Below are positions 30,991-40,619 of a DNA stretch of 64,000 nt, in pieces. The stretch is from an uncultured Eubacteriales bacterium (lineage in GTDB: Bacteria > Bacillota > Clostridia > TANB77 > UBA1234), in the NCBI GenBank assembly GCA_964515475.1, contig CAZEVD010000003.1, positions 521 through 64,520 on the forward strand, read 5' to 3'. The stretch's first letter is position 1, and each line of letters opens with the position of its first letter. The notes under the pieces are model-generated. The model was not told the origin of the DNA, ran no database searches, and worked only from the letters and a program-made list of their open reading frames with translations. The translations under genes and the position numbers were made by a program.

Positions 30991-32115
30991 TTACATATAA
31001 TCTTTTAATTTTTTGCTTCTACTTGGATGTCTTAATTTTCTTAAAGCTTTCGCTTCAATTTGTCTTATTCTCTCTCTTGTTACTTGGAATTCTTTTCCTA
31101 CTTCTTCAAGAGTTCTAGCTTTTCCATCATCTAGACCAAATCTTAGTCTTAGCACTTTAGCTTCTCTAGGAGTAAGTGTTCCTATAATTTCATCTAATTG
31201 CTCTCTAAGTAAAGTGTATGCAGCAAGTTCTGATGGAGATGGAGCATCATCATCAGGAATAAAATCACCTAAGTGGCTATCCTCTTCTTCACCGATTGGT
31301 GTTTCAAGAGAAACTGGTTCTTGTGCAACTTTCTTAATTTCTTTTACTCTTTCTACTGGTAATTCCATTTCTGCAGCAATTTCTTCGATAGTCGGTTCAC
31401 GACCTAATTGTTGTAATAGATGTCTTGATGTTCTAATAAGTTTATTAATTGTTTCAACCATATGAACAGGAATTCTTATTGTTCTTGCTTGGTCTGCGAT
31501 AGCTCTTGTTATAGCTTGTCTAATCCACCAAGTAGCATATGTTGAAAATTTATAACCTTTTCTATAATCAAATTTTTCTACAGCCTTGATTAAACCTAAG
31601 TTACCTTCTTGAATTAAATCAAGGAATAACATTCCACGACCAACATATTTTTTAGCTATACTTACAACAAGTCTTAAGTTTGCTTCAGATAATTTCTTTC
31701 TAGCATCTTCATCGCCATCCATCATTTTCTTAGCATACTCAATTTCTTCTTCTGCGCTTAAAAGTGGAATTTTACCAATCTCTTTTAAGTATAGTCTAAC
31801 TGGATCATCAACACTAACAGAATCAGGAACATCCATTTTTTCTACATCTTCTATTTTGATGTCTTCTTCTTCGATATCTTCTAATTCTTCAAATCCAGGT
31901 TCATCTGCATCTTCTATAATTGCAATGTTTGCATTTTCAAGTCCTTCATATATTTTCTCAACTTGATTTGCTTCTAATTGGTGTTTTTCTAGAACATCAA
32001 TTATTTCTTTGTACGTAAGACATGCATCTTTTCCAGCTAAATCAACAAGCTGTTTGATGATTTCTTTTAAGTCTTTGTTTTCTTCACTCACTTTACTCAC
32101 ATTCCTTCCTAACAT
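30991..32115 (-). CDS. rpoD: RNA polymerase sigma factor RpoD/SigA
   Basis: Sigma-70 regions 1.2 through 4 ([12 protein letters not shown]; conserved 2.4 and 4.2). 374 aa. Sits downstream of dnaG in the classic operon order. Confidence 0.95.
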   Translation of the reverse strand: MLGRNVSKVSEENKDLKEIIKQLVDLAGKDACLTYKEIIDVLEKHQLEANQVEKIYEGLENANIAIIEDADEPGFEELEDIEEEDIKIEDVEKMDVPDSVSVDDPVRLYLKEIGKIPLLSAEEEIEYAKKMMDGDEDARKKLSEANLRLVVSIAKKYVGRGMLFLDLIQEGNLGLIKAVEKFDYRKGYKFSTYATWWIRQAITRAIADQARTIRIPVHMVETINKLIRTSRHLLQQLGREPTIEEIAAEMELPVERVKEIKKVAQEPVSLETPIGEEEDSHLGDFIPDDDAPSPSELAAYTLLREQLDEIIGTLTPREAKVLRLRFGLDDGKARTLEEVGKEFQVTRERIRQIEAKALRKLRHPSRSKKLKDYM

Positions 32116-32124
32116 TTTTAAAGA

Positions 32125-33943
32125 TCACTTTCTTACTAGACTTGTAACTATTTCATTAAGTCTTTCTTCTAATAATCTTTTTTCATCTTCTGTAATAGTC
32201 TCATCTTGAAGTTTTTGAATAACTTCTTTCTTTTCCTGTTGTAATTTATCAATTTTAATGCTTCTTATAAGTTCATACGCGTATTTTTCTTTGTCATCTC
32301 TAATGTTCATTTTCATCATTATTTCTGACAATAAACTTTTTTCTTCATCGCTCTCACAAACAAGCATAAAATCCTTATTCATAATATCTCCAGAATTATA
32401 TAAGTTATATAATCGTTCGATAATATTTTTATTTATTGCCGAAGCAATATCAGCTTCTGAATATATTTCTTTTAAGCTTTCAAAAATATTTTTATCTTTA
32501 AGTGTAAGTAGATATATAACTATTTTTTCTTGCTGTAATTTGTTTTTTTCATTTTCTCCAACCTCAGTTTTTATAACTATCGGTTTTTGAGATTGCCAAT
32601 TCTTTGTTTTAAAAGTATTTCTAATAGTCCTTTTTTCAATTTCTGCAATAATAGCTTCTCTGCCTACTTTAAGTTCACTTGAAAACTTGTTAACGTATAC
32701 ATCACGTTCAATATTGTTATTTACTTTGGCAAGTATCTCAGACATCTTAGTTAAAAAAGTAATTTTCTGAGAAGTATCAGATAAATCATATTCTTGTTTT
32801 AGTAAGTCTACTTTATATTCAACTGGTGAAATGCTATTATCTATAAGTTTCTCAAATTTTTCAGGACCATACTTCAAAACATATTCATCCGGGTCTTTTG
32901 CATCATGTATTTTTAAAATTCGTGTAGGTACATCAAGAGACTGCATTATCTCTATCCCTCTTTGAATAGCTTTTTGCCCAGCAGCATCTGAGTCATATGA
33001 TAAAACAACTTCATCTGCATACTGTCGAAGCAATCTTCCTTGTTGCTCTGTTAAAGCCGTACCCAAAGAAGCAACAACATTTGTAACCCCTGCTTGATGC
33101 GGCGATATAACATCCATATAACCTTCAACAACAAGTAGTCGTTTCATTTTTTGATTAGTAGTTTTTGCTACATTGAGTCCATACAAATGTCTACCTTTTG
33201 AATAAATCAAATTTTCAGGTGAATTGACATACTTCGGAATTCCCTTTTCCTTCATTACATCAGATGGCTCTAAAGTTCTTCCACCAAAGGCAATCAAATG
33301 CTTCTTAAGATCAAATATTGGAAACATGAAACGATTTTTAAATTTGTCATATAAATAACCTTTTTCTGTTTTTCCAATCAATCCTGTAGCAAGCATACTC
33401 TCTTCACTAAAACCTTTTTCTTGAAGCAACTTTGTAAGTCCATTATCATCAAGAGCAAAACCGAAGACCAAATTTAGCTACTGTCTTTGCATCAATTTTA
33501 CGTTTTCGAATATATTCCTGCGCCATAGAGGATTTTTCTATATTATCATAAAAGTATCTACCGGTTACTTTGTTGATTTCATACATTTCAGCTTTTTTAG
33601 CTTCTCTTCTTTGAAGTTCTTCTCTTGAAATTCCCAAATCATAATTATCCACCGGCAAAGTGATATTAGCTCTTTCCGCAAGAAACTCTATAGCTTCTTT
33701 AAAGCCAATATTTTCAACTTTCATAATAAAGTGAATTACATTTCCTCCTAAGCCACAGCCAAAGCAGTGAAATATCTGCTTGTCCGCTGTTGCAGAAAAA
33801 GATGGTGTTTTCTCACGATGAAAAGGGCAAAGCCCAAAATAGCTGTTGCCCTTGCGCTGTAGATTAACGTAGTGCGAAATAACATCTATAATATCATTCG
33901 CAGCTCTAACCTCTTCAATTACATCATCAGAATAAAACGCCAT
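32125..33943 (-). pseudogene. dnaG: DNA primase DnaG, interrupted by a +1 frameshift near 33461-33463
   Basis: Zinc-ribbon N-terminus (CPFHREKTPSF..CFGCG) in ORF 33449-33943. TOPRIM and C-terminal domains in ORF 32125-33471. Deleting the C of the in-frame CGG yields KFGLGFALDD, the conserved LGF/YAP region. Confidence 0.85.
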
Positions 33944-34116
33944 TTATATACTCACCTTTTTATAGTAGTTTTCAAAAATGTTTTAATATTTTAGCATAAA
34001 TTTTCATTTTATCAACCCATAATTAATATAATTCGACTTAATTTCATAAAATCCTGCTTGTTTACCATAAATTACTCATAAAATATTTTTAACTTCATTT
34101 TCTTTCCTTTTAATGC

Positions 34117-34150
34117 AAAAAACTGCCATAAAAAGTAAATGGCAGTTTTT
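34117..34150. terminator. Bidirectional terminator downstream of recG
   Basis: Hairpin AACTGCCAT..ATGGCAGTT flanked by A and T runs. Confidence 0.7.
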
Positions 34151-34154
34151 ATCG

Positions 34155-36203
34155 TCATATAGATATCTTATTTTCAAATAACTTGTCTATCTTGCTAACA
34201 AGTAATGCATTTTCTTCATTTTCTAATTTAGGATCCTTTTCAATTATTCTTTTTGCAATTTCTTGTGCATTCTTTAAAATCGGAATATCAGTAAATAAAT
34301 TAGCAACCCTAAACTCCGGAATACCATGTTGTCTTGTACCAAAAAATTCTCCTGGGCCTCTTAACTCTAAATCTTTCTCTGAAATCACGAAACCATCATT
34401 ACTCTTTTGTATAATCTCCATACGCTGTCTTACAACATCTGAGTTTCCTTCATATTTTAAAATACAATATGATTTAAACTTACCCCTTCCTACTCTTCCT
34501 CTAAGCTGATGCAATTGGGCAAGTCCAAATCTTTCGGCATTTTCGATAATCATTAATGTAGAATTTGGAACATCAACACCAACTTCTATTACCGTTGTTG
34601 AAATAATTGCATTAATTTCTCCATTTTTAAAACGTTGCATTATATCATCTTTTTCTTTTGCTTTCATTTTGCCATGTAACATTTCAACTTTATATCCGTT
34701 TAGAACTTTTTTATAATACTCAAATTGCTCTACTACAGATTTTATACCTTCCATATGTTCTGATTCTTCTACTAATGGACATACTATATACGCTTGTCTT
34801 CCACTTGCTAGTTCCTTGTTTATAAAGGCATTAATTCTTTCGTCCATATTTCTCTTTACAGCATAAGTATCAATCTTTTGACGTCCCGGTGGTAATTCGT
34901 CAATTATAGAAATATCAAGATCTCCATATAAAATAATAGCAAGTGTTCTTGGAATAGGTGTTGCAGTCATTACTAAAGTATCTGTTAAATTACCTTTTGC
35001 AGACAAAACACTTCTTTGTCTAACGCCAAATCTATGTTGCTCATCCGTTATAACTAAGCCAGCATTTTTAAATTCAACATTTTCCTCTAATAAAGCATGT
35101 GTTCCAATTAAGATATCAATATCACCATCTTTTAATCGTTCTAATAATATGTTTTTATTTTTCTTTGTTATATCACTAGTTAATAGCTCTACTTTCATAT
35201 CAAAAGGTTTTAGCATTTTACTAATCCCTTCATAATGTTGCCTTGCAAGTATTGCTGTAGGAGCCATCATTGCTACTTGGTAACCATTCTTAACCGCCTT
35301 GTACATTGCAAGTGTCGCAACAACTGTTTTACCAGATCCTACATCTCCTTGCACTAGTCTATTCATAGACTTTTTACTTTTCATATCATTATCAATTTCT
35401 TTCCAGACGCGAGCTTGAGCTCCTGTTAACTGATAAGGTAAAGTATCTAATAAATCTTGAATTTTTTCATCTTTATTAAATTCTATCCCTTCTCTTTCTT
35501 CATTTCCTTTATCTTTAAATCTAAATAACGCAAGTTGCATTGTTAACAATTCTTCGAATGCAATTCTTTTTCTAGCTTTTTCAAAATCTTCTAACTTTTC
35601 AGGAAAATGAATGTTTTTTATCGCCCATTTTATTTCTGGCAATCTATTTTCAGTTATAACCCATTTAGGTATGGTTTCTGAAACATTTTCTAATGATGAT
35701 TTAACTGCAAGTTCAACTATTCCCCTGAAGACGTTTTGAGTAATACCTTTCGTTAAGGGATATATAGGAATTATCTTACCAGTATTTTTATTTTTATCTA
35801 ATTCTTCAAAAACTGGCGATTGTATTTCAATTCTACCTAAAGAATTTTTCACCTTTCCATAAAAAGCATATTCTTGTCCCACACGCAACTGTTTCTTTAT
35901 ATATGGTTGATTAAACCACGTAAGTATTATATTACCAGTTCCGTCTTCTGCGATTACTTTATATATAGCCATATTTCGACGAATTCTTTGTTCTGAGACA
36001 TTCGTTTTAATCACGGCAGTTATCGCAGCAGTCTCACCATCTATCAATTCATATATTTTTTTATAATTTCCTCTATCTTCATATTCCCTAGGAAAATAAT
36101 TTAAAATATCTTCAATCGTATTTAATTCTAGTTTTTGTAAAATTTCATATCTTGCAGGTCCTACACCTTTAAGATATTGCAAACTGCTATCTAACTCTGC
36201 CAT
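34155..36203 (-). CDS. recG: ATP-dependent DNA helicase RecG
   Basis: Wedge domain plus SF2 helicase motifs (GDVGSGKT, DEQHRFG). 682 aa. Confidence 0.9.
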   Translation of the reverse strand: MAELDSSLQYLKGVGPARYEILQKLELNTIEDILNYFPREYEDRGNYKKIYELIDGETAAITAVIKTNVSEQRIRRNMAIYKVIAEDGTGNIILTWFNQPYIKKQLRVGQEYAFYGKVKNSLGRIEIQSPVFEELDKNKNTGKIIPIYPLTKGITQNVFRGIVELAVKSSLENVSETIPKWVITENRLPEIKWAIKNIHFPEKLEDFEKARKRIAFEELLTMQLALFRFKDKGNEEREGIEFNKDEKIQDLLDTLPYQLTGAQARVWKEIDNDMKSKKSMNRLVQGDVGSGKTVVATLAMYKAVKNGYQVAMMAPTAILARQHYEGISKMLKPFDMKVELLTSDITKKNKNILLERLKDGDIDILIGTHALLEENVEFKNAGLVITDEQHRFGVRQRSVLSAKGNLTDTLVMTATPIPRTLAIILYGDLDISIIDELPPGRQKIDTYAVKRNMDERINAFINKELASGRQAYIVCPLVEESEHMEGIKSVVEQFEYYKKVLNGYKVEMLHGKMKAKEKDDIMQRFKNGEINAIISTTVIEVGVDVPNSTLMIIENAERFGLAQLHQLRGRVGRGKFKSYCILKYEGNSDVVRQRMEIIQKSNDGFVISEKDLELRGPGEFFGTRQHGIPEFRVANLFTDIPILKNAQEIAKRIIEKDPKLENEENALLVSKIDKLFENKISI

Positions 36204-36447
36204 AAATCCCCCTTTCGCCTGCTTATTTCTAGAATTTAGAGTATCACAAACCTTTGTTCTTAGTCAATGTATTTGAAATTTCTTTTCACTATTATCACTT
36301 ATAAAAATTAACAATAAAAATCTCTTGTTTTTCCTTATTTTAATTGACAAAACACAATAAAAGTCATAAACTAATCGTGCACTCAAGAGAGTAATTCACA
36401 ATATATTCCAATTAATGTGTTTTGACTTCAATAAATTGTAAAAATTG

Positions 36448-36476
36448 TTGTCAAAATCTATTATTTGTGCTAAAAT
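36448..36476 (+). promoter_or_regulatory. rpmB sigma-A promoter TTGTCA-N17-TAAAAT with TG extension
   Basis: Spacing counted directly. Lies about 40 nt upstream of the rpmB RBS. Confidence 0.6.
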
Positions 36477-36517
36477 ATCAAAGAATGATTTTAGAAAACC
36501 CTAAGGAGGTGCTAGAA

Positions 36518-36703
36518 ATGGCAAAATGCGAAATTTGTGATAAAGAAGTAGTGTTCTTAAACCAAGTAAGTCACTCACATAGAAGATCTGCTAGAACTTT
36601 TAAACCAAATCTAAGAACAGTTAAAGCTGTTGTTAATGGTACACCTAAAAAATTAACAGTATGTTCAAGATGTTTAAGAGCTGGAAAAGTTGAAAGAGCA
36701 TAA
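36518..36703 (+). CDS. rpmB: 50S ribosomal protein L28
   Basis: MAKCEICDK..VSHSHRRSARTFKPNL L28 signature. 61 aa. AAGGAGG RBS. The track ORF 36422-36703 is over-extended upstream. Confidence 0.9.
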   Translation: MAKCEICDKEVVFLNQVSHSHRRSARTFKPNLRTVKAVVNGTPKKLTVCSRCLRAGKVERA

Positions 36704-36711
36704 CATAGAAA

Positions 36712-36748
36712 AAGAACTCAAATAAGATTCGAGTTCTTTTTTTATACC
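36712..36748. terminator. Bidirectional terminator after rpmB
   Basis: Hairpin AGAACTCAAATAAGATTCGAGTTCT followed by T8. Confidence 0.7.
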
Positions 36749-36755
36749 CTTTTTT

Positions 36756-36842
36756 CTATGTAATCTCTTTTGGTTTTATCTTAAAAAATATCCTTAAAAC
36801 TTTTTTCATGAAATTAGATGGTTTATATACCACAATTTTCAC
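36756..36842 (-). CDS. Putative tiny basic peptide (28 aa, GTG start)
   Basis: AAGGAGGGGG RBS lies 4 nt before the GTG. Sequence VKIVVYKPSNFMKKVLRIFFKIKPKEIT. Ends at the bidirectional terminator. Speculative. Confidence 0.25.
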   Translation of the reverse strand: MKIVVYKPSNFMKKVLRIFFKIKPKEIT

Positions 36843-36856
36843 TAGACCCCCTCCTT

Positions 36857-37014
36857 TTATTTGCATAGCCAAATTAGTCCTAATATTAAAGTGATTGCTC
36901 CAATGCTGAAAACCCAACCTGAAATTGGCAATAGTAATACTAAAAGCATCCCTATCCCAAAACCAATTAGACAAACGCCTATCGTCTTTTTTAGCAAATT
37001 CAAATTCTCAGCAT
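36857..37014 (-). CDS. Putative small two-TM membrane protein (about 50 aa); possible -1 frameshift after the ATG, or a TTG start
   Basis: AGGAG RBS with ATG at 37014, then a stop after 4 codons. One extra T in the TTT run would give MLRILNLLKKTIGVCLIGFGIGMLLVLLLPISGWVFSIGAITLILGLIWLCK. The track ORF in this region reads a less protein-like frame. Confidence 0.3.
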
Positions 37015-37028
37015 CCCCTCTCCTAACT

Positions 37029-37057
37029 TTGATTTAGTATATTATATGTGGTAAAAT
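37029..37057 (+). promoter_or_regulatory. nth promoter TTGATT-N17-TAAAAT
   Basis: Spacing counted. Lies about 30 nt upstream of the nth start. Confidence 0.5.
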
Positions 37058-37090
37058 ACGAATTGTGATACTTTAATTAGGAGTTTAATT

Positions 37091-37735
37091 ATGAAAAAAA
37101 TAGAATTAATAATAACTGAATTAGCTAAACTTTACGATGGCGAAAAAGGTTCGTTAGATTTTACAACACCATTTGAATTATTAGTTGCAGTAATGTTATC
37201 TGCTCAATGCACTGATGCACGTGTAAATATTGTAACTAAAGATTTATTTAAGGTAGCTAATACGCCAGAACAATTTGCTAAAATGAGCGTAAAAAAGATT
37301 GAAAAACTAATCTCATCAATTAGTTTTTATAGAAATAAAGCCAAACATATAAAAGAATGTTCAATACAACTTATCGAAAATTTTAATGGTATCGTCCCAC
37401 AAACAATGGAAGAACTTACAACCCTTGCCGGCGTTGGTCGCAAATCTGCTAACGTTATAATGCTTGAAGCTTTTAATAACTGTCAAGGTATTGCAGTAGA
37501 CACTCATGCACACCGAATCTCAAATCGCCTTGGCCTTTCAAGTGAAACAGATCCTTTAAAAGTCGAACAAGATTTATTGAAAAAGATACCGAAAAAATAC
37601 TGGCGATTAATGAATCATTTATTGGTATATCATGGTCGTGCAATTTGTGATGCAAGAAAACCAAAATGCGAAGAGTGCACCATTTCTTCTTGTTGCAAAT
37701 ATTACAAAAAAGTTTTTCTTTTACAAACTAAATAA
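37091..37735 (+). CDS. nth: Endonuclease III (DNA-(apurinic or apyrimidinic site) lyase)
   Basis: HhH-GPD motif (LAGVGRKSANV) and C-terminal 4Fe-4S cluster (C-x6-C-x2-C-x5-C). 214 aa. Confidence 0.9.
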   Translation: MKKIELIITELAKLYDGEKGSLDFTTPFELLVAVMLSAQCTDARVNIVTKDLFKVANTPEQFAKMSVKKIEKLISSISFYRNKAKHIKECSIQLIENFNGIVPQTMEELTTLAGVGRKSANVIMLEAFNNCQGIAVDTHAHRISNRLGLSSETDPLKVEQDLLKKIPKKYWRLMNHLLVYHGRAICDARKPKCEECTISSCCKYYKKVFLLQTK

Positions 37736-37772
37736 TAAGAAAGCCGTAGCTTATAGCCACGGCTTTTATTTT

Positions 37773-40024
37773 TTATTGTAACAATTTTGTTAATTCATTT
37801 ACATGATAAATATCTAATGTATTCATCGCCCTTGTTATACATACGTATAATAATTTAGTATCGACTTCTGATTTAGTGTAATTATATATATCTGCGTTTG
37901 TAATAATTACGGCATCAAATTCAAGACCTTTTGATAAGTATGATGGAACAATACTTACTCCTCCATTATACTCAGCATCTTTATCAGTAATTATGTGTAT
38001 ATTCTCAAAATCACTTAATTGTTCGGCAAGCTTCTTACAATCAGGAACAGTTTTGCAAATAAGTGCGATATTTTTCATTCCTCTTCCCTTTAACTCTGTA
38101 ATTCTATTCTTTATTTGTTCTAACATATCAGATTCTGCATCAAAACCTTTAACGGTAACAGGTTCACCACTTTTCATTACTGGTTCACCCAATGAACAAT
38201 TTATTTTTTCTATAACATTTGTGATAACATGGTTTGCAACATTCATTATTTCTTCTGTTGTTCTGTATGTCTTCTTTAATGTTAGATATTGTGGCTCATT
38301 ATCTATACCGAATACCATGTTCATTGTTTTTTGCCAATTTTGTGTTCCACGATAGTAGTAAATACCTTGCGCTAAATCTCCTAAAATAGTAAGTGAATTA
38401 CTATTTATAATCTTTTTGAATATAAAGAATTGGAATTCACTAAAATCTTGCGCTTCATCGATTACAATATGCTTAAGCGCAAATTTAGTTTTTACACCAT
38501 GTACTCTATATTTTATATACATTAGCGGTGCGATATCTTCCATTTCAATTTTGCCTTTTCTTTGCGATGCTTCAAAAGAAGATTTTATATATTTTATTTG
38601 TTCTTTTGATATTCTACCTTCAGCAAATTGTTCTAAGTAATGATCCATAAATTCTCTATAATACTTTATTGGTTCTAAAACTTTGAAGTTAGAAAAATAA
38701 TTTTGAATATGTTTTTTTACATCCTTTGTTACTGTATTTTTCTTTTTCTCAGCTTCAGCATATTCAGCGCGGATAAGCTCAAGTCTTATTTCTTCTATCG
38801 GTTCTTCTTGTTTAATTTTAGCAACTTTATAATTACGTTGTTCTTCAATATCTTGCAGGATATCTCCATTTTTCAAAGCAACTCTATTTTTCATATGCTT
38901 AGATATTTCTTCTATTCTGCGACATATCGGAAGATTACCATACTCTCTATAATAAAGATGTGCGATTTCCTTTTTGGTCATGAAAATATATCTATCTATT
39001 TTAAAATCTTCATCCGGTAAAACTCTTTTTTCAACTTCGTATATATAATCATCTATAACATTTTTATATCTAATAGAAGATTTAAACATAGAAGCTTCTT
39101 CAATATTCTTGCAATATTCAATTTCTTTTTCAGATTTTTCATTATTAATAAGTCTTGCAAGTTTTTCGTTTGGCTCTTCTATTTCAAAAGTACTACCTAT
39201 AACCTCAAAAGCAATGTCTTCATATGTGCTTTGTCCAACTCTATCAACACCAAGGTCTGGCAAAACGTTTGAAATATAATTTAGGAAAAATTTGTTTGGA
39301 GCTATAATTAAGAATTCTTCTGGAAAAAAGTTTTTATCATAATTATAAATTAGATATGCAATTCTATGCAAAGCAATTGTTGTTTTACCAGAACCAGCAA
39401 CACCTTGTACAACAAGCGGTTGCCACATATCCGATCTAATAATTTTATTTTGTTCTGCTTGAATTGTTGAAATAATATTTTTAAGTCTTGTATCAGAATT
39501 TGCAGAAAGGAACGGTTGAAGCATTTCATCGTTTGTTGTAATGTCAATATCCATTACATCTTTTAACCCTTCATCATCAAAGAAATATTGTCTTTTTAAT
39601 TTAATATCTCCTTTGATTTCTCCACCAGGACACACATAAGAAGCTTCTCCTAAACGGCCTTCATAGTATAAATCAGCGATAGGAGCTCTCCAGTCAATAA
39701 CGATTTGCTCTAAAGTATCATGATCTGTTACCATTACTTTTCCGCAAATAAAAAGCATCCCTTGTTGAACTTCCATCTTCCACAAAATCTACTCTTGCAA
39801 AGTATGGTTTTCCGTCTAACCATTTTTAGATTTTTGATTCTTTGGTTAAACTTTTCCTTAAGGGCTGCTTTCATAAAATCGTCTTGATAGTCATCATCAA
39901 AGTTGTAGTCATCGAAACCTCTTTCAAGTCTTTCTTCACTTTCTTTGATTTCCTGATCAATAAAACGTGTTGTTTTTTCTAGTTTTTTTCTTTCAGCAAT
40001 CTCATCTTCGTGTGTAATGTTCAT
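37773..40024 (-). pseudogene. helD: DNA helicase IV / HelD-like UvrD-family helicase, interrupted by two +1 frameshifts (39812-39814 and 39742-39744)
   Basis: Walker A (GVAGSGKT), the IDWRAP motif and UvrD-like C-terminal motifs in ORF 37773-39785. The N-terminal segment is in ORF 39734-40024. The middle frame reads KPYFARVDFVEDGSSTRDAFYL between the two shifts. Both shifts occur at an in-frame CGG. Confidence 0.8.
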
Positions 40025-40124
40025 TCTAAAACACCTCCACTAATATAAGTTATAGCTTTTATTCGCAAAACACGAATGAACGCATTTTACCACACCTATT
40101 TTCAAAAAGCAACAATTTATACAA

Positions 40125-40170
40125 AAAACGTGCCGATAGATAGTTTTTATCCATCCAGCACGTTTTTACC
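40125..40170. terminator. Bidirectional terminator
   Basis: Hairpin AACGTGC..GCACGTT with flanking A and T runs, downstream of the small membrane-protein gene. Confidence 0.55.
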
Positions 40171-40175
40171 TCTTG

Positions 40176-40498
40176 CTATTGTGTTAATTTAAAATTATTG
40201 CAAGAAGTTTCTAGCTCTGTTAAGCTTATTTCGTTATAATTAGCTAACCATTCTATATTTGCCACCATTTTTTCTAAATTAGCAAATGTTGACTTCCCAA
40301 GTCTTTGTACCACAATTCTTTATTATTAAAAATTACATTTAATTGTTCTAAATCTGTTTGTGTTGAAACATTTTCTGAATTATGCAAATTATCTTCTTGA
40401 TTTAAATTTCCCATAGGACCTTTACTTAATAATTGTCTTGTTATAACAATAGCACAAACAATCATTATAATTATTATAATGATTTTCTTTTTATTCAT
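40176..40498 (-). pseudogene. Small N-terminally anchored protein (about 106 aa if repaired) with an apparent -1 frameshift in a C3/G3 run near 40297-40300
   Basis: ORF 40274-40498 ends at ..WYKDLGSQHLLI*. The -1 frame continues as LGKSTFANLEKMVANIEWLANYNEISLTELETSCNNFKLTQ* up to the terminator. One extra G joins the two segments. Confidence 0.45.
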
Positions 40499-40515
40499 AA
40501 GTTTTCCTCACTTTT

Positions 40516-40570
40516 CTAGACTTAGGGGACATCCCTTGTAATCAAATTTTCGAACATGAAGGAGTGTCCC
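40516..40570. repeat. 11-bp inverted repeat CTTAGGGGACA-N33-TGTCCCCTAAG in the upstream region of the small gene
   Basis: Perfect 11-bp arms read directly from the sequence. Lies between the pheT terminator and the small gene's RBS. Confidence 0.5.
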
Positions 40571-40580
40571 CTAAGTACGA

Positions 40581-40613
40581 AAAAAAGAAACCTGCTTATT
40601 TGGCAGGTTTCTC
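40581..40613 (-). terminator. pheT terminator
   Basis: Hairpin AGAAACCTGC..GCAGGTTTCT followed by a T-run on the minus strand. Confidence 0.7.
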
Positions 40614-40619
40614 ATATTT

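Noticed and set aside
36756-36974. 72-aa track ORF on the minus strand between rpmB and nth
   Set aside because: It uses a TTG start with no SD, and its N-terminal two thirds read as non-proteinaceous. The overlapping frame gives a convincing two-TM peptide with a strong RBS. Only the last 28 codons, with their own RBS and GTG, are retained as a tentative tiny ORF.
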